64,000 bases of DNA from an uncultured Mycoplasmatota bacterium (GCA_900543675.1 UQRY01000001.1:2002-66001), one strand, 5' to 3'. Positions 33,801 to 43,590 are shown, numbered from the stretch's first letter. Program-made: numbers and translations. The notes: generated from the sequence alone by a model not told the origin.

Positions 33801-36118
33801 ACTTTACGAACAGATTTTACTAAATTTCCATTAGTTGAAGTACCAGCATAAAGATTAAACATTAATCCCTCTAAAGTATTTGCTTCTAAAGTATTATCTA
33901 CACCATCTTCAGCTCCTAATCTAGAAGTAACAGAAAATGCTCGATCAATATCACTACTATCCACAGAATAATCTAAAAGGAAGGGTTGCGTAGGTTCAGT
34001 TTGAATAACGACACTTCCGATATAACAATTGTCAATTACCTGGTTTCCATCCTGTAAATTGACAGTAGCATAGACAGAAATCGTATAACTTTCATTAGCG
34101 CGTAAATTATTCACCGAGAATGGAATATTATAGCTTCCACTCGTCGTATAAGAATTAGAATTTCCAACAGAATCAGTATAAGTAATTGTCATAACACTGT
34201 TATCATCTAAACTAATTGTATTTCCATTATCGGTAATGATAATATTTCCAACAATTCGTTCAAAGGTTATTTCCTTACTTTCAAATCGAATTGAAGGGAA
34301 TTCAACACCATCCATCTGCATAACATTACTAAATTCTGTTTCATATTCATATTCTTTTTCGTTATCATTAAATGTTGCGATCATCTTAAACACATAAGGA
34401 ACGCCACGTAAAATTGTTACATTATCAACTGGTAAATCGACAGAAGACTTATTATTTTTTTCGATCACTTCAACACTAGTTGGATTATCCGCTAAAGTTC
34501 TCGCATCATAGATTTCATATCGATAGGAAACAATTCCATTATCAACATCGCTGATATTATTCACTTTCAACGAGAAGAGAGAATCCTTTTTATTTACAGT
34601 AAAACTAGTTGTACCTAAGAATGGTTTTTGCTTTAACGTTTTATAAGTATTTTCGATAGTAAAATTATCACTGATAATGGAATTGTCATATAAGAAATTA
34701 TAAACACGTACTTGATATTCTGTATTTGAAGTAAGTTCATCAAAAGTGACTTCTTGACGACGATTCGTTAAGTTATCTAATAAAACCTCTTGTGTTTCTA
34801 ATACTTCTCCAGAACTATTCATCAACATAACTTCTGCGCTTTTTACTCTAGAAGAATCATCAACCTCTAGATAGAAAGAAAGTTCTTCTGTCGTAAAATA
34901 ATTTTTAACTAATTCTACACCAAGTGATTCTGTCACAAAGGTTTTCTGAATAAAATCACGATTGTATTCCTTGCCATTCTTAGTATAGTCAGAATTAACT
35001 ACCAAAATATAATTTGTATTTGGCATTAAATTTTCTACCTCGATATGGAAATTACTCAATCCACTACTTTCACGAGTTTGATAAATAACTTTATTATTCG
35101 AAGTCTGAATAATCTTAACTAATAGATCTCCCGTAAGTAGACCGTCTTGATCTTCATACTCAATTGTAGCATCAAGGCGATTAGAAGATACCGTCATATC
35201 AACAACAGAGAATAATGGATCATTCACTTTTTCATCTTCATTTACTTCTTCTTCATTATCCTCTTGATTACCATTTAAAGATCCATCCGTCAAACCTTCT
35301 AGTGGATTATTACTATCCGTAGGCGTAGGCTCTACTTCCTCACTTTCTTCCTCTTCATCAGGAGTAATCTCAATATTATCATCCGAATCGATCGTCATTT
35401 GAGTTAAATTCAATTTTTTCTCTGTACCTAAAAATATATTCTTATCTGTTAGATTAATTTTCACACCATTATCTAATTCAATATAAATATCAGAGGCAAC
35501 ACTTTGAAAACTAGCTTCCTGATTATCCAAACGAATAATATTACCATCTAAAAATTCAAATTCTAAATAACTATTTTCAATGATTTTCGTTTCATCGTTG
35601 ATAATTAAATTAATCTTAGGAGCAACAATCATATACTTATTCTCGGATATCTTCATCAAAAAGTTTGTAAAACTTAACGTCTTTCCAAGATTTCTAATTT
35701 GATAATGACCACTATCTTGATAAGCTAATTTACTGCCCTCATAAAAACTATAGTAGCGAATAATCTCAGTATTTAAATTATCTAAATCCAAAATAGCTGT
35801 CTTACTTAAAGTAGAAATACCATTGTCCAAATAATGAATAAAGGAAGTTTTTACTACTTCTACTTCTTCTTGATCAGTATTTTGAAATAAATACTGTTCC
35901 TCATAGTTTTCTCTATACTTTGTTCCAGAAGAAAAGTAATACTTTGTGCTACTTTCCACCCCATTTTTTAGAGTACGAGCTAAAATATAACCATCACTAG
36001 AAAATTCTTTATATTTCGATTCATTAACACGAAAACCATACCAAAACAATAAACCAAGCATGGCTAAAACAGAAACGATAATAAAAATTACCTTTTTCAT
36101 CTCATCACTCCTAGACAC
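30890..36118 (-). CDS. Giant (1742 aa) membrane-anchored surface protein, first gene of the operon
   Basis: N-terminal TM (KKVIFIIVSVLAMLGLLFWYGF) then a ~1700-aa extracytoplasmic region rich in T/N/Y/D (beta-rich/Ig-like character); 15-nt gap to the next gene. Confidence 0.6.
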   Translation of the reverse strand: MSRSDEMKKVIFIIVSVLAMLGLLFWYGFRVNESKYKEFSSDGYILARTLKNGVESSTKYYFSSGTKYRENYEEQYLFQNTDQEEVEVVKTSFIHYLDNGISTLSKTAILDLDNLNTEIIRYYSFYEGSKLAYQDSGHYQIRNLGKTLSFTNFLMKISENKYMIVAPKINLIINDETKIIENSYLEFEFLDGNIIRLDNQEASFQSVASDIYIELDNGVKINLTDKNIFLGTEKKLNLTQMTIDSDDNIEITPDEEEESEEVEPTPTDSNNPLEGLTDGSLNGNQEDNEEEVNEDEKVNDPLFSVVDMTVSSNRLDATIEYEDQDGLLTGDLLVKIIQTSNNKVIYQTRESSGLSNFHIEVENLMPNTNYILVVNSDYTKNGKEYNRDFIQKTFVTESLGVELVKNYFTTEELSFYLEVDDSSRVKSAEVMLMNSSGEVLETQEVLLDNLTNRRQEVTFDELTSNTEYQVRVYNFLYDNSIISDNFTIENTYKTLKQKPFLGTTSFTVNKKDSLFSLKVNNISDVDNGIVSYRYEIYDARTLADNPTSVEVIEKNNKSSVDLPVDNVTILRGVPYVFKMIATFNDNEKEYEYETEFSNVMQMDGVEFPSIRFESKEITFERIVGNIIITDNGNTISLDDNSVMTITYTDSVGNSNSYTTSGSYNIPFSVNNLRANESYTISVYATVNLQDGNQVIDNCYIGSVVIQTEPTQPFLLDYSVDSSDIDRAFSVTSRLGAEDGVDNTLEANTLEGLMFNLYAGTSTNGNLVKSVRKVDHNLDDYESDLKAEYYDQSFLLDPSFFGLKNQDMTSEYYTLEVTNAYDYTTYQNNIPIKNNVITVKTNGYIPDLPSDVNNAIEVNVIRNNSDPDRYREELDPETIIGYRIRAGYDNSKKYAKRIEYQVIDSVTGKVVDTLSYDIPSDGSIGYVEFYLEDGTPYNVQDDTFRRGNRYYFTYKAYLDLNFDGTTETVYPKPETGVVLRSSDVDAEKQSAYFYTYPSTYQNSKLVWSYRYSDIDHVLVDDKMYYKINDSVLGNLDIQVSDTFSKLEFPLNRAGNLTLYVREAKIKTTDRIEEKSLVYQNFELPYKASNKTYNLTLETNRVIITLLDYAENTAFYDRVAGAKLIFTGDKTVTLDNLVIDNGTIVVDLADLEELMNQEVTTELYLYYDNGVLGYDTVYNPNDSTQTDKFALQMIENSVYDGSYYSLDSKLNLRTNPQANGSLFHFQLKQEKQNRITLTDLNKQEDVDVDLILDEGGYSYNYEYLFPKQLGQLKATSDGSEKFEFNMIIPGISIMDKNGNTNIAAALVYADVNIKLYGDSGSQILNDKIYIEVYQTDEAGLESNLIQTLEVSTSDLDRSVRIEGLIPKTNYFIRVFADVDNGGTYERTQLYDVDYQNNNRNYYFKTLGSVGASDIHIEYTADSYDEKYLKVTYQLQEITGFDRLVYEVYKVDMNEVGEEVLTKLDLAIDPDYVFSREMTKYIKISPGSGVTTEQRYVVVIRAFTMIDNNDESYEIELQPESSYYYTLNQLRQPYIGISSTRDNSKGLDLTFRVSVYDYQKVIYNDNYRIQILDQEGNDIIPDEYKGKDYHTDQYNQKFTVNNIEPDKQYTLKILYTMNVVNDADSLVEQEKIYVSSSLNDAGVDVGKIYAVTNLDDKTKVNLAFYDSYRLTSINNIRYSIYSNNGYAIDNQAEFVPVLSTASGVTYYTYTLPDSITEPGVYYIQLQFLTDDRVIAEESIQYNFVD

Positions 36119-36206
36119 ATCTCTATGTTTATTTTGGATAATTATCTATTGTTTTTATGCGCATCTTTGAAAAAAATAGACAGTTTTTATCCATAGAACC
36201 AACCAA

Positions 36207-36247
36207 AAATGGTGTCTGTTCTATTCTTACTAGAACAAGCACCATTT
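36207..36247. promoter_or_regulatory. 17-bp-arm inverted repeat in the divergent promoter/leader region between the XRE regulator gene and the giant operon
   Basis: AAATGGTGTCTGTTCTA-TTCTTAC-TAGAACAAGCACCATTT. On the minus-strand RNA it forms a 17-bp stem (one C.A mismatch, one G.U) followed by UUGGUUGGUU. Confidence 0.4.
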
Positions 36248-36443
36248 GTTACCCATAACGATAGCACAGTTTATCTATTCTATTTTATAAAAATCGTCTA
36301 AGTATTACTAATAGATTATTATCCGTTTTACTGCTTATCCTATTTTCTTATTTTCATAAACATTATAGCGCAAAATTAGGGGTAATGCAAGTATCTTATT
36401 TTAGAAATAGAACTGTTATACAATAAACGATAATGGAGGTGGA

Positions 36444-36689
36444 ATGATGATAAAAATCAACATTGAAGAGCTTCTGCGCCAACAAGGAAAAAGCAAATAT
36501 TGGCTTAGAACACAAATGAATTTAACATCTAGAAACTTAAATCATATTATTCGTAATCAAACCACATCTATTTCTTTTAAATATATAGAAGATTTCTGTA
36601 AGTTTTTAAATTGTACGCCAGGAGAATTAATCCTCCTCCAACCAACTGAAGAGTTCAAAGAAACAAAAAAGGATAAAATCCATTCGTAA
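36444..36689 (+). CDS. XRE-family (Cro/C1-type) HTH transcriptional regulator
   Basis: 81 aa; HTH region SKYWLRTQMNLTSRNLNHIIRNQ and ...FCKFLNCTPGELI typical of small XRE regulators; RBS GGAGGTGG; divergent from the giant operon. Confidence 0.6.
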   Translation: MMIKINIEELLRQQGKSKYWLRTQMNLTSRNLNHIIRNQTTSISFKYIEDFCKFLNCTPGELILLQPTEEFKETKKDKIHS

Positions 36690-36691
36690 AG

Positions 36692-37852
36692 TTAAAACAC
36701 TAACTGCCCAACAACGATATCTTTTAAATTTTCCCAAAACATAGATAAGAAATTTTTCTTTTCTACATCTTGATTAACGATTAAATCATAACTACCGACA
36801 AGTTGTTCTTGATCAAAAAGTTCAAGTTTACCAACAACACTTCCCTTTTTTATAGGAAGTTTAACCGGAGATAAAACTATTTTCTCTTGATATTGTTTAG
36901 CTTGTTCGGTTTTTTTTCGTAAAATACTAATTTCTTCTCCCACTACGACATCGACTTTATCTATATTCCCTCGTTCAATCTTCATTTCATCCACTACCGT
37001 ATCCTTCGTCTTAATAATATCTACTTGATAAGTATTAAAGCCGTAATCCAGTAACGCCGTCGTTTCTGCATTTCTCGTTTTACTAACTTCTTCTCCCAAA
37101 ACAATCGCCGTTAAACGCATACCATCTCTTTTCGCGGTAACCGCCATACAATACATGGCCGCATCAGTAAATCCTGTTTTCAATCCGTCAGCTCCAGGAT
37201 AAGTACGAACCAATTTATTGGTATTGACTAACCAAAACTTATTGGGCGTATCCTCTCGTAAATAATCTTCATAAAGGGAAGAAAATTCTAAGATCTTTTC
37301 ATGAGTTAATAATTCTTGAGCAATTAGAGCTAAATCACGTGCGGTAGAATAATGATTTTCTTCATCTAGACCTGTTGGATTAACAAAATTAGTATTTTTT
37401 AATCCCAATTCATTGGCTTTTGACATCATCATTTTCACAAATTCTGCTTCACTTCCAGCAACCCTTTCAGCAAGAGCAACTACCGCATCATTCGCACTCG
37501 CCATACTAACTCCCTTAAACAAATCTTCAACACTCATCTCTTCACCAGGCTGTAAATAAATCTGCGTACCACCATAACCAGCCGCATTAGCACTCACTTT
37601 TACCATCTCATCCCAAGTTAACTTTCCTGCTTCTATCTGTTCCAAAATAATAATCTGTGACATCATCTTAGTAAGAGAAGCAATAGCAACCCGTTCATCA
37701 GCATTTTTTTCAAACAATACCTTACCTGTTGTATTCTCGATCAAAATCGCACTCCTACTATTAGCCGCTAGCGTTGTATCTGTCACTTCTTCAGCATGAA
37801 CACTAAGAGGAAATAAGGATAATCCAATAAATAACCATATAAATAACTTTTT
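36692..37852 (-). CDS. dacA: D-alanyl-D-alanine carboxypeptidase (PBP5-type serine peptidase S11)
   Basis: Signal peptide then SxxK motif (IASLTKMMS), SxN (SANDA) and KTG (LKTGFT) motifs; C-terminal beta-sandwich domain. Confidence 0.75.
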   Translation of the reverse strand, partial: KKLFIWLFIGLSLFPLSVHAEEVTDTTLAANSRSAILIENTTGKVLFEKNADERVAIASLTKMMSQIIILEQIEAGKLTWDEMVKVSANAAGYGGTQIYLQPGEEMSVEDLFKGVSMASANDAVVALAERVAGSEAEFVKMMMSKANELGLKNTNFVNPTGLDEENHYSTARDLALIAQELLTHEKILEFSSLYEDYLREDTPNKFWLVNTNKLVRTYPGADGLKTGFTDAAMYCMAVTAKRDGMRLTAIVLGEEVSKTRNAETTALLDYGFNTYQVDIIKTKDTVVDEMKIERGNIDKVDVVVGEEISILRKKTEQAKQYQEKIVLSPVKLPIKKGSVVGKLELFDQEQLVGSYDLIVNQDVEKKNFLSMFWENLKDIVVGQLVF

Positions 37853-37957
37853 CATGAAACACACCACCTAATAAAAGATATGAGAAAAATAAAAGAACTT
37901 TCTTTTAAAATTACATACTTCAGAAAAAATTCCATACAGTTTAATAGGTGAAGCAAG

Positions 37958-38758
37958 ATGAGAAGAAAAAAAATACTTCTTCTACTACTTATTCTACTTT
38001 TGACTACTAGCTGTCATCAAAATAAAGAAAAACTAGACAAAAACCCATTTAGTCAAATTTCTTATTATCAAGAACAAAAACAAGAACGCTATTTTCGTTA
38101 TCAACAACAACATAGTGATCTTAGTGCTGAAGAAGTGGTCACAGCGGTCAATATAGGACTTGATCAAGCCCCATACACCAATACCAAAAAAACCCCTTAT
38201 CTCAATACAACTTATCTACTAGTCAATAAATATCGCTATCTACCACCAAGCTACATTCCTGAAAAGCTAGAGAGAATCGACCCCAAATATACGAATGGTA
38301 ACAAACAATTAGTTCAAGAAGCTAAACTAGCCTTTGAACAAATGGCTAACGACGCAGAAAGTGAAGGTTATACGATTCGCGCTGTCTCCGCCTATCGTTC
38401 CTATTCATATCAACAAGCCCTCTACCAAAATTATGTTCTTCAAGATGGAGAGAAAAATGCCGATACTTACTCCGCCCGTCCAGGTTACTCCGAACATCAA
38501 ACCGGATTAGTTGTCGATATCGATAATGGTAAACAAGATTTCAATCATTTTGAAGAAACAGAAGAATTCAAATGGATGCAGGAAAATGCCAAATATTATG
38601 GCTTTATTCTCAGATACCCCAAAGGAAAAGAAAATCTAACTGGTTACACCTACGAAGCTTGGCACTATCGTTATGTAGGAAAAAAAATCGCCCAAGAGAT
38701 GGCAAATAAAGACATCACCTTAGACGAATATTACGTAAAATATTTAGAAAACAGTTAA
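37958..38758 (+). CDS. M15B/VanY-like D-Ala-D-Ala carboxypeptidase lipoprotein
   Basis: Lipobox LLTTSC; zinc-peptidase motif YSEHQTGLVVDID and EAWHYRYVG typical of VanY/M15 peptidases. Confidence 0.7.
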   Translation: MRRKKILLLLLILLLTTSCHQNKEKLDKNPFSQISYYQEQKQERYFRYQQQHSDLSAEEVVTAVNIGLDQAPYTNTKKTPYLNTTYLLVNKYRYLPPSYIPEKLERIDPKYTNGNKQLVQEAKLAFEQMANDAESEGYTIRAVSAYRSYSYQQALYQNYVLQDGEKNADTYSARPGYSEHQTGLVVDIDNGKQDFNHFEETEEFKWMQENAKYYGFILRYPKGKENLTGYTYEAWHYRYVGKKIAQEMANKDITLDEYYVKYLENS

Positions 38759-40032
38759 ACGATTTCCTCTGATGCAATAGGTTTTGGCGCTTTTTCATCT
38801 TCTTGGAAAGTATAATAACTCGTTAAATCTTCCTGAATAAAAGGCGCTCCATCCCGTAAATAAAGCGTACATAAAACATCACCCACTTTGACATCGTCAC
38901 CAATTTTCTTTTTCAACACAATACCTACCTTAGGATCAATAGGATCTTCCTTAGTTCTTCTTCCTCCACCCAAATCAAGAGAAAGTTTACCAAAACGATA
39001 GGCATCCATATCAATAACATGACCACTCTTGGTAGAAAGAATATCTTGAGTATTAGCACTTACTCTAAGACCACTAATATCTCCCCCTTGAGCTTCTATT
39101 AACTCCATGAACTTTTTATACGCTTTACCAGAAGCCAAACTGTCTTCTACACGAGCAGCGGCATCTTGAATAGAAATTCCCAATCCAAGTTGAACCATTT
39201 TAGCCGCCAATGCTTTCGATAAAGCAACTAAATAATTATTCTCTTCATTCGATAGAATTCGCATTACTTCCAAAACCTCTAACGCATTTCCTATCGATGT
39301 ACCAAGGGGAATATCCATATAAGTAATCATCGTATCGACATCTTTTTGATAATGATGACCTATTTTTTTCATTAACCTAGATATTTCAATAGCTTCTTCT
39401 TGAGTTTTTAATAGTGCTCCTTTACCAACTTTAACATCTAACACAATCTTATCCGCACCAGATGCGATTTTCTTACTCATAATACTAGAAGCAATTAAAG
39501 GAATCGACTCAACAGTTCCTGTCACATCGCGAAGTGCATAAACTTTCTTATCTAATGGCGCAAGATGAGCTGTCTGACTGATAATCGCTACCCCTACAGT
39601 ATTTAACTGCTGAATAAATTCTTCTCTACTCAAATTAACACGAAATCCTGGAATACTTTCCAATTTATCAATTGTACCACCAGTATGACCTAACCCACGA
39701 CCACTCATCTTCGGCACTTTTAATCCAAGGGAAGCAACAATAGAAGCAACAATCAAAGTTGTTTTATCCCCGACACCTCCAGTTGAATGCTTATCGACAG
39801 TAATCCCATCGACATCACTCAAATCTAAAACTTCACCACTACGAATAAAAATATCCGTTAAATCAAGTGTTTCTTCATCAGTCATTCCTCTAAGACAAAT
39901 AGCCATTAATAAACTACTCATCTGATAATCCGGAATATTTCCTTGAAAATATCCCTGGAAAGCTTCTTCTAATTCCTCCCGTGATAGTACTTTTCCTAAT
40001 CTTTTTTTATTGATCGTATCGACCATACTCAT
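38755..40032 (-). CDS. pdp: Pyrimidine-nucleoside (thymidine) phosphorylase
   Basis: 425 aa; N-terminal MSMVDTINKKR...SSLLMAICLRGMT and DKHSTGGVGDKTTLI phosphate-binding motif. Confidence 0.8.
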   Translation of the reverse strand: MSMVDTINKKRLGKVLSREELEEAFQGYFQGNIPDYQMSSLLMAICLRGMTDEETLDLTDIFIRSGEVLDLSDVDGITVDKHSTGGVGDKTTLIVASIVASLGLKVPKMSGRGLGHTGGTIDKLESIPGFRVNLSREEFIQQLNTVGVAIISQTAHLAPLDKKVYALRDVTGTVESIPLIASSIMSKKIASGADKIVLDVKVGKGALLKTQEEAIEISRLMKKIGHHYQKDVDTMITYMDIPLGTSIGNALEVLEVMRILSNEENNYLVALSKALAAKMVQLGLGISIQDAAARVEDSLASGKAYKKFMELIEAQGGDISGLRVSANTQDILSTKSGHVIDMDAYRFGKLSLDLGGGRRTKEDPIDPKVGIVLKKKIGDDVKVGDVLCTLYLRDGAPFIQEDLTSYYTFQEDEKAPKPIASEEIV

Positions 40033-40094
40033 ACTATATCACCTCTATTTTATATAACCATTATATCGAAAACCAACCCATTTGTACAGAACGT

Positions 40095-41069
40095 TCAAAA
40101 TTTCTTTTTTAAGTGTACAGGAAGATCAAGAGTAAAGGCATAACCTTCTACTTCACTTTGATCCATACTGTAAGCCGTCGTATTGGTCATGAAAGATTCA
40201 ACGTCTCGTTTTCCACTCATTTCAACTAATTCTTTCTTTAGTTCCTCTAACTTTTCCAATGGACAACTAGCTAAACGAAAACCATCTCCATAACACTTCA
40301 TATTTTCTTCATTCGCTAAAACATATCCATTTTCAATCAATTCTTTCGCAAACGCTTGTTCTTTTTCACTAGTCAAAAAATACCCAGGATCGGGTTTAGT
40401 ATACTCTAAAGCCTCTTCATCATAATGATAATACATTCCTTCATGACACCGACTAGCCGAAAAAAACTGTTTGTAGCTCGCATCAACTAAAAACCAAGTA
40501 TCCGCTACCAGATGAGTATTTTCATCTTCAATAGGGAAACAAACACAACCAAACGAATGATGACCAGGCATCGTAGTAAACGCCGTTTGAAAACACTCCT
40601 CAGCTAAATTCTTGGTTACTGGTAATCCAACTCGCTCAAAGGGTAATATAGATACAATTTGTCCTAATTCACATAATCCATTTAAAGAGTTCTGTTTAAC
40701 ATCGATACCAAGTTGACGAATTCCCAGCCAAGTATTAGTTAATGACCAATCAAGTAAAGTTTTTACATCCTCAAAAGAAATTCCCCTATTGATTCCAGAT
40801 TGCCGATCCACTAATACTTGTTTTAAGTCAGCAGAAATTGTTTTTACTAAATCAATATTTACATCCTTTAGTTGAATATTATTATCAGTAATGAGATAAT
40901 TTTCACTAAGTAAAGTAAGCATTTCCGCACGAGTAGAAGCAACTACCTTCGGATAAATTGCCTTATAATATTCCGTCCACCATTTAGCTAGTTCCTTTCC
41001 ATTATCACTAGAATAATGGTTAGACATTATAATATTTTCGATTTTGTCTAAAATTTCACTTCTTTCCAC
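40095..41069 (-). CDS. Hypothetical cytoplasmic protein (324 aa)
   Basis: ORF only; no motif recognised by eye. Confidence 0.35.
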   Translation of the reverse strand: MERSEILDKIENIIMSNHYSSDNGKELAKWWTEYYKAIYPKVVASTRAEMLTLLSENYLITDNNIQLKDVNIDLVKTISADLKQVLVDRQSGINRGISFEDVKTLLDWSLTNTWLGIRQLGIDVKQNSLNGLCELGQIVSILPFERVGLPVTKNLAEECFQTAFTTMPGHHSFGCVCFPIEDENTHLVADTWFLVDASYKQFFSASRCHEGMYYHYDEEALEYTKPDPGYFLTSEKEQAFAKELIENGYVLANEENMKCYGDGFRLASCPLEKLEELKKELVEMSGKRDVESFMTNTTAYSMDQSEVEGYAFTLDLPVHLKKKF

Positions 41070-41174
41070 AATATCCTCCTTAAATCAACTGAACATAGTC
41101 TAACATAAAATATAAAAAAGAAAAAGAACTAACTCTAGCTCTATCACAAAAATAATTAAATAAATATCAAATTT

Positions 41175-42443
41175 TTATAATTCATTGATTTCTTCTAATA
41201 TTGCATTAGCTAAAATACGATATCCCGCTTCTGAAGGATGAGGATCCCAATTAACTGGACTATAGATGTTTTCTTTTCCCTTAAACAAAGAATAACCACT
41301 AATATAATTAATATTAAGCTCTGATGCAATTTGCTGCATACCATTATCATATACTTGATACAAAGAATCAATCTGCTCAGGCCAATCGCCAAAATTAACT
41401 CCTGTTAAATGATTATGAAAACCAATTAAATATATTTGGGGATTAGGGGCTCTTTTTATCGTTTCTTGCATTAAAGTCCTAACAGAATCCAACATTGCGT
41501 TAATTTGTATTACCGCTTCATCATAGGAAATACTACTAGAAGTAAAAGAAGATAAAATCGGAGCAAAATTATTAGCAGAAACAGCAAAAGTTAAAATATC
41601 TTCGGTAGTTAATTGACTTAAATCCCACAACAACCAATTCATATCAGTTACCTGATTACCATAATCAATTGTACCGTTTATCATAACATCAAGCCATTGT
41701 TCAATCGTAGATCCAGATAACGATTGGTTTTTATAATTTTCTAATTGATAAGAAGCCTCCAAAGCATCCTTGATCATATCATTAAAACCACCACTATAAA
41801 TAGAACTCTCACCAGATGCTAATTTGCCTGCTCCAATAGAGTCTCCAATTCCATAAATATAACGAGCTACAGTATTATCTGGTTTATTGGTATTCACCGC
41901 CACCTCTGTTTCAAATTCTAAATTTTGATCTTCATTTTGAATACTTCCAGTTTCTTGTAACCATATTTTTAAAACATAATACTTCGTCGTTTTAGCAGGG
42001 AGATCAATATTTTCTTCTAAAAGAAGTTTAGTATCTCCACTTTCATACAAACTTTCTATTCCAAATGATCCTATCGCAATAGGATTCCCCTGAACAGTAT
42101 AATTTTGATCAGCTTCATACAAACGATATTTTAAATTATTGGAAATAACTGGACTACCATCTTTCACTAAGCGAATATTATTTAAATATAAATAATAATT
42201 AGCATCAAGTGTACCTACATTTTCAACAGAAAATTGATGAAGTTCTGCATTATTCTCAGTAGTAGGCAACATTCCAACACGAGTAATTTCTTTTCCCGTA
42301 TGATAAGTTAATTCCAAAGTACCACTTTTTACTACCTGTTCGTTAGAAGTAGCTACTGCAGTAAAATACGCATAACTTACCCCTGTTACAATCAAAGCTA
42401 TTGCTAATAAAATTACAACAAAAACATATTTTTTTCGAGCCAT
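41175..42443 (-). CDS. Secreted protein: TasA/camelysin-like N-domain (paralog of 8254-9900) fused to SGNH/GDSL hydrolase domain
   Basis: N-terminus VSYAYFTAVA...SGTLELTY...MLPTTENNAELHQFSVENVGTLD...KIWLQETGSIQNEDQ colinear with the DUF285 protein N-domain. C-domain has IYGIGDSIGAG (GDS block I) and a catalytic DPHPSEAGY (DxxH block V). Confidence 0.6.
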   Translation of the reverse strand: MARKKYVFVVILLAIALIVTGVSYAYFTAVATSNEQVVKSGTLELTYHTGKEITRVGMLPTTENNAELHQFSVENVGTLDANYYLYLNNIRLVKDGSPVISNNLKYRLYEADQNYTVQGNPIAIGSFGIESLYESGDTKLLLEENIDLPAKTTKYYVLKIWLQETGSIQNEDQNLEFETEVAVNTNKPDNTVARYIYGIGDSIGAGKLASGESSIYSGGFNDMIKDALEASYQLENYKNQSLSGSTIEQWLDVMINGTIDYGNQVTDMNWLLWDLSQLTTEDILTFAVSANNFAPILSSFTSSSISYDEAVIQINAMLDSVRTLMQETIKRAPNPQIYLIGFHNHLTGVNFGDWPEQIDSLYQVYDNGMQQIASELNINYISGYSLFKGKENIYSPVNWDPHPSEAGYRILANAILEEINEL

Positions 42444-42817
42444 AATAAATCCCCTTTACTTTCCACATATTTTAACACACTTAATTAATTTTTCTGGTAT
42501 TAAAAACATCCCATCATGTACTAACCTATATTAATTATAATATCATAGAACGATTAAATCCAAAAGAGAAAAAGCAACAAATGCTAAAAATCAGAATATA
42601 TGAATGTAAAGTTAATATAAATGATGCAAAAATTATAACAATACAATCATCAATTAATCCTAGATAAAATTAAATATTCAACTCAATCATCCAAAAAGTA
42701 TAAACTATGTGAACTTTCAAAATTTAATAAATTGGTTAAATCATAGTTTGCTGTTATAAAATATATAAGATCTAAAAACAGAAAGAAAAAAACATACAAG
42801 TATTTACGCTTGTATGT

Positions 42818-43174
42818 TTAACGCATTTTCATTTCAATTAAATCAATTGTTCTTTTAGGGTCATCTAATAATTTTTCATAAAGGCGAATATGTTTTCGTA
42901 ATTCTTTGATTAATGTAATTTCATCTTTGGCAATATTAATGCCATACGTAGCATCATCACTTGCCACTAAATAACAATCAACACCTAGAAAATAGGCAAG
43001 TTCGACATTTAATGCATTAGCTAGATCAATTAAAGTATCTAATGTTGGTGTTCTTGTCCCATTTTCATAGCAACAAATACTTGTTTTGGTTAATCCAACC
43101 ATACTAGCTAACTGCTCTTGTGTCAAATGATTCTTTAATCTAGCTTCTTTCAATCTACGATCAAACAATAACAT
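42818..43174 (-). CDS. XRE-family HTH transcriptional regulator
   Basis: LTQEQLASMVGLTKTSICCYENGTRTPTLDTLIDLANAL = canonical Cro/C1 HTH; ATG at 43174 preferred over the GTG at 43183. Confidence 0.6.
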   Translation of the reverse strand: MLLFDRRLKEARLKNHLTQEQLASMVGLTKTSICCYENGTRTPTLDTLIDLANALNVELAYFLGVDCYLVASDDATYGINIAKDEITLIKELRKHIRLYEKLLDDPKRTIDLIEMKMR

Positions 43175-43254
43175 GTTGCCCACCCCATATCATCTTATAG
43201 GAACATTATAGGGAAATCGTGTCGTAAATTGACGTAAGTTAACTAAAAAGAAAC

Positions 43255-43590
43255 TTAAGGGGTAACATCCTTGGATTTAGAAGATAAGAAAGTTACTTTT
43301 TCAGCAATTACATCTAATTGGGTTCGATTTCCTTCTGGCTTTTCGACAACACGACTTTGGATTCTTCCTTTAACCCCAACAATATCTCCTTTACCACAAT
43401 AATCCACAGTCGAAATAGCGACACTATCCCAAAGAGTACAGTCGATAAAATCAGTTTCGTACTCACCAGCCAAATTTTTAAAACTACGAGGAACTGCTAA
43501 GGTAATAAAAGAAAGTTTCTTTCCATTTTCTAACTCTTTTAATTCTGGCTTTCTAACTAAACGGCCAACTAAAACAATCTGATTCAACAT
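43255..43590 (-). CDS. Single-stranded DNA-binding protein, short form lacking acidic C-terminal tail (SsbB-like)
   Basis: OB-fold start MLNQIVLVGRLVRKPELKEL..., 111 aa, ends ...LSSKSKDVTP with no D/E-rich IPF tail; strong RBS AAAGGAGGG. Confidence 0.7.
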   Translation of the reverse strand: MLNQIVLVGRLVRKPELKELENGKKLSFITLAVPRSFKNLAGEYETDFIDCTLWDSVAISTVDYCGKGDIVGVKGRIQSRVVEKPEGNRTQLDVIAEKVTFLSSKSKDVTP

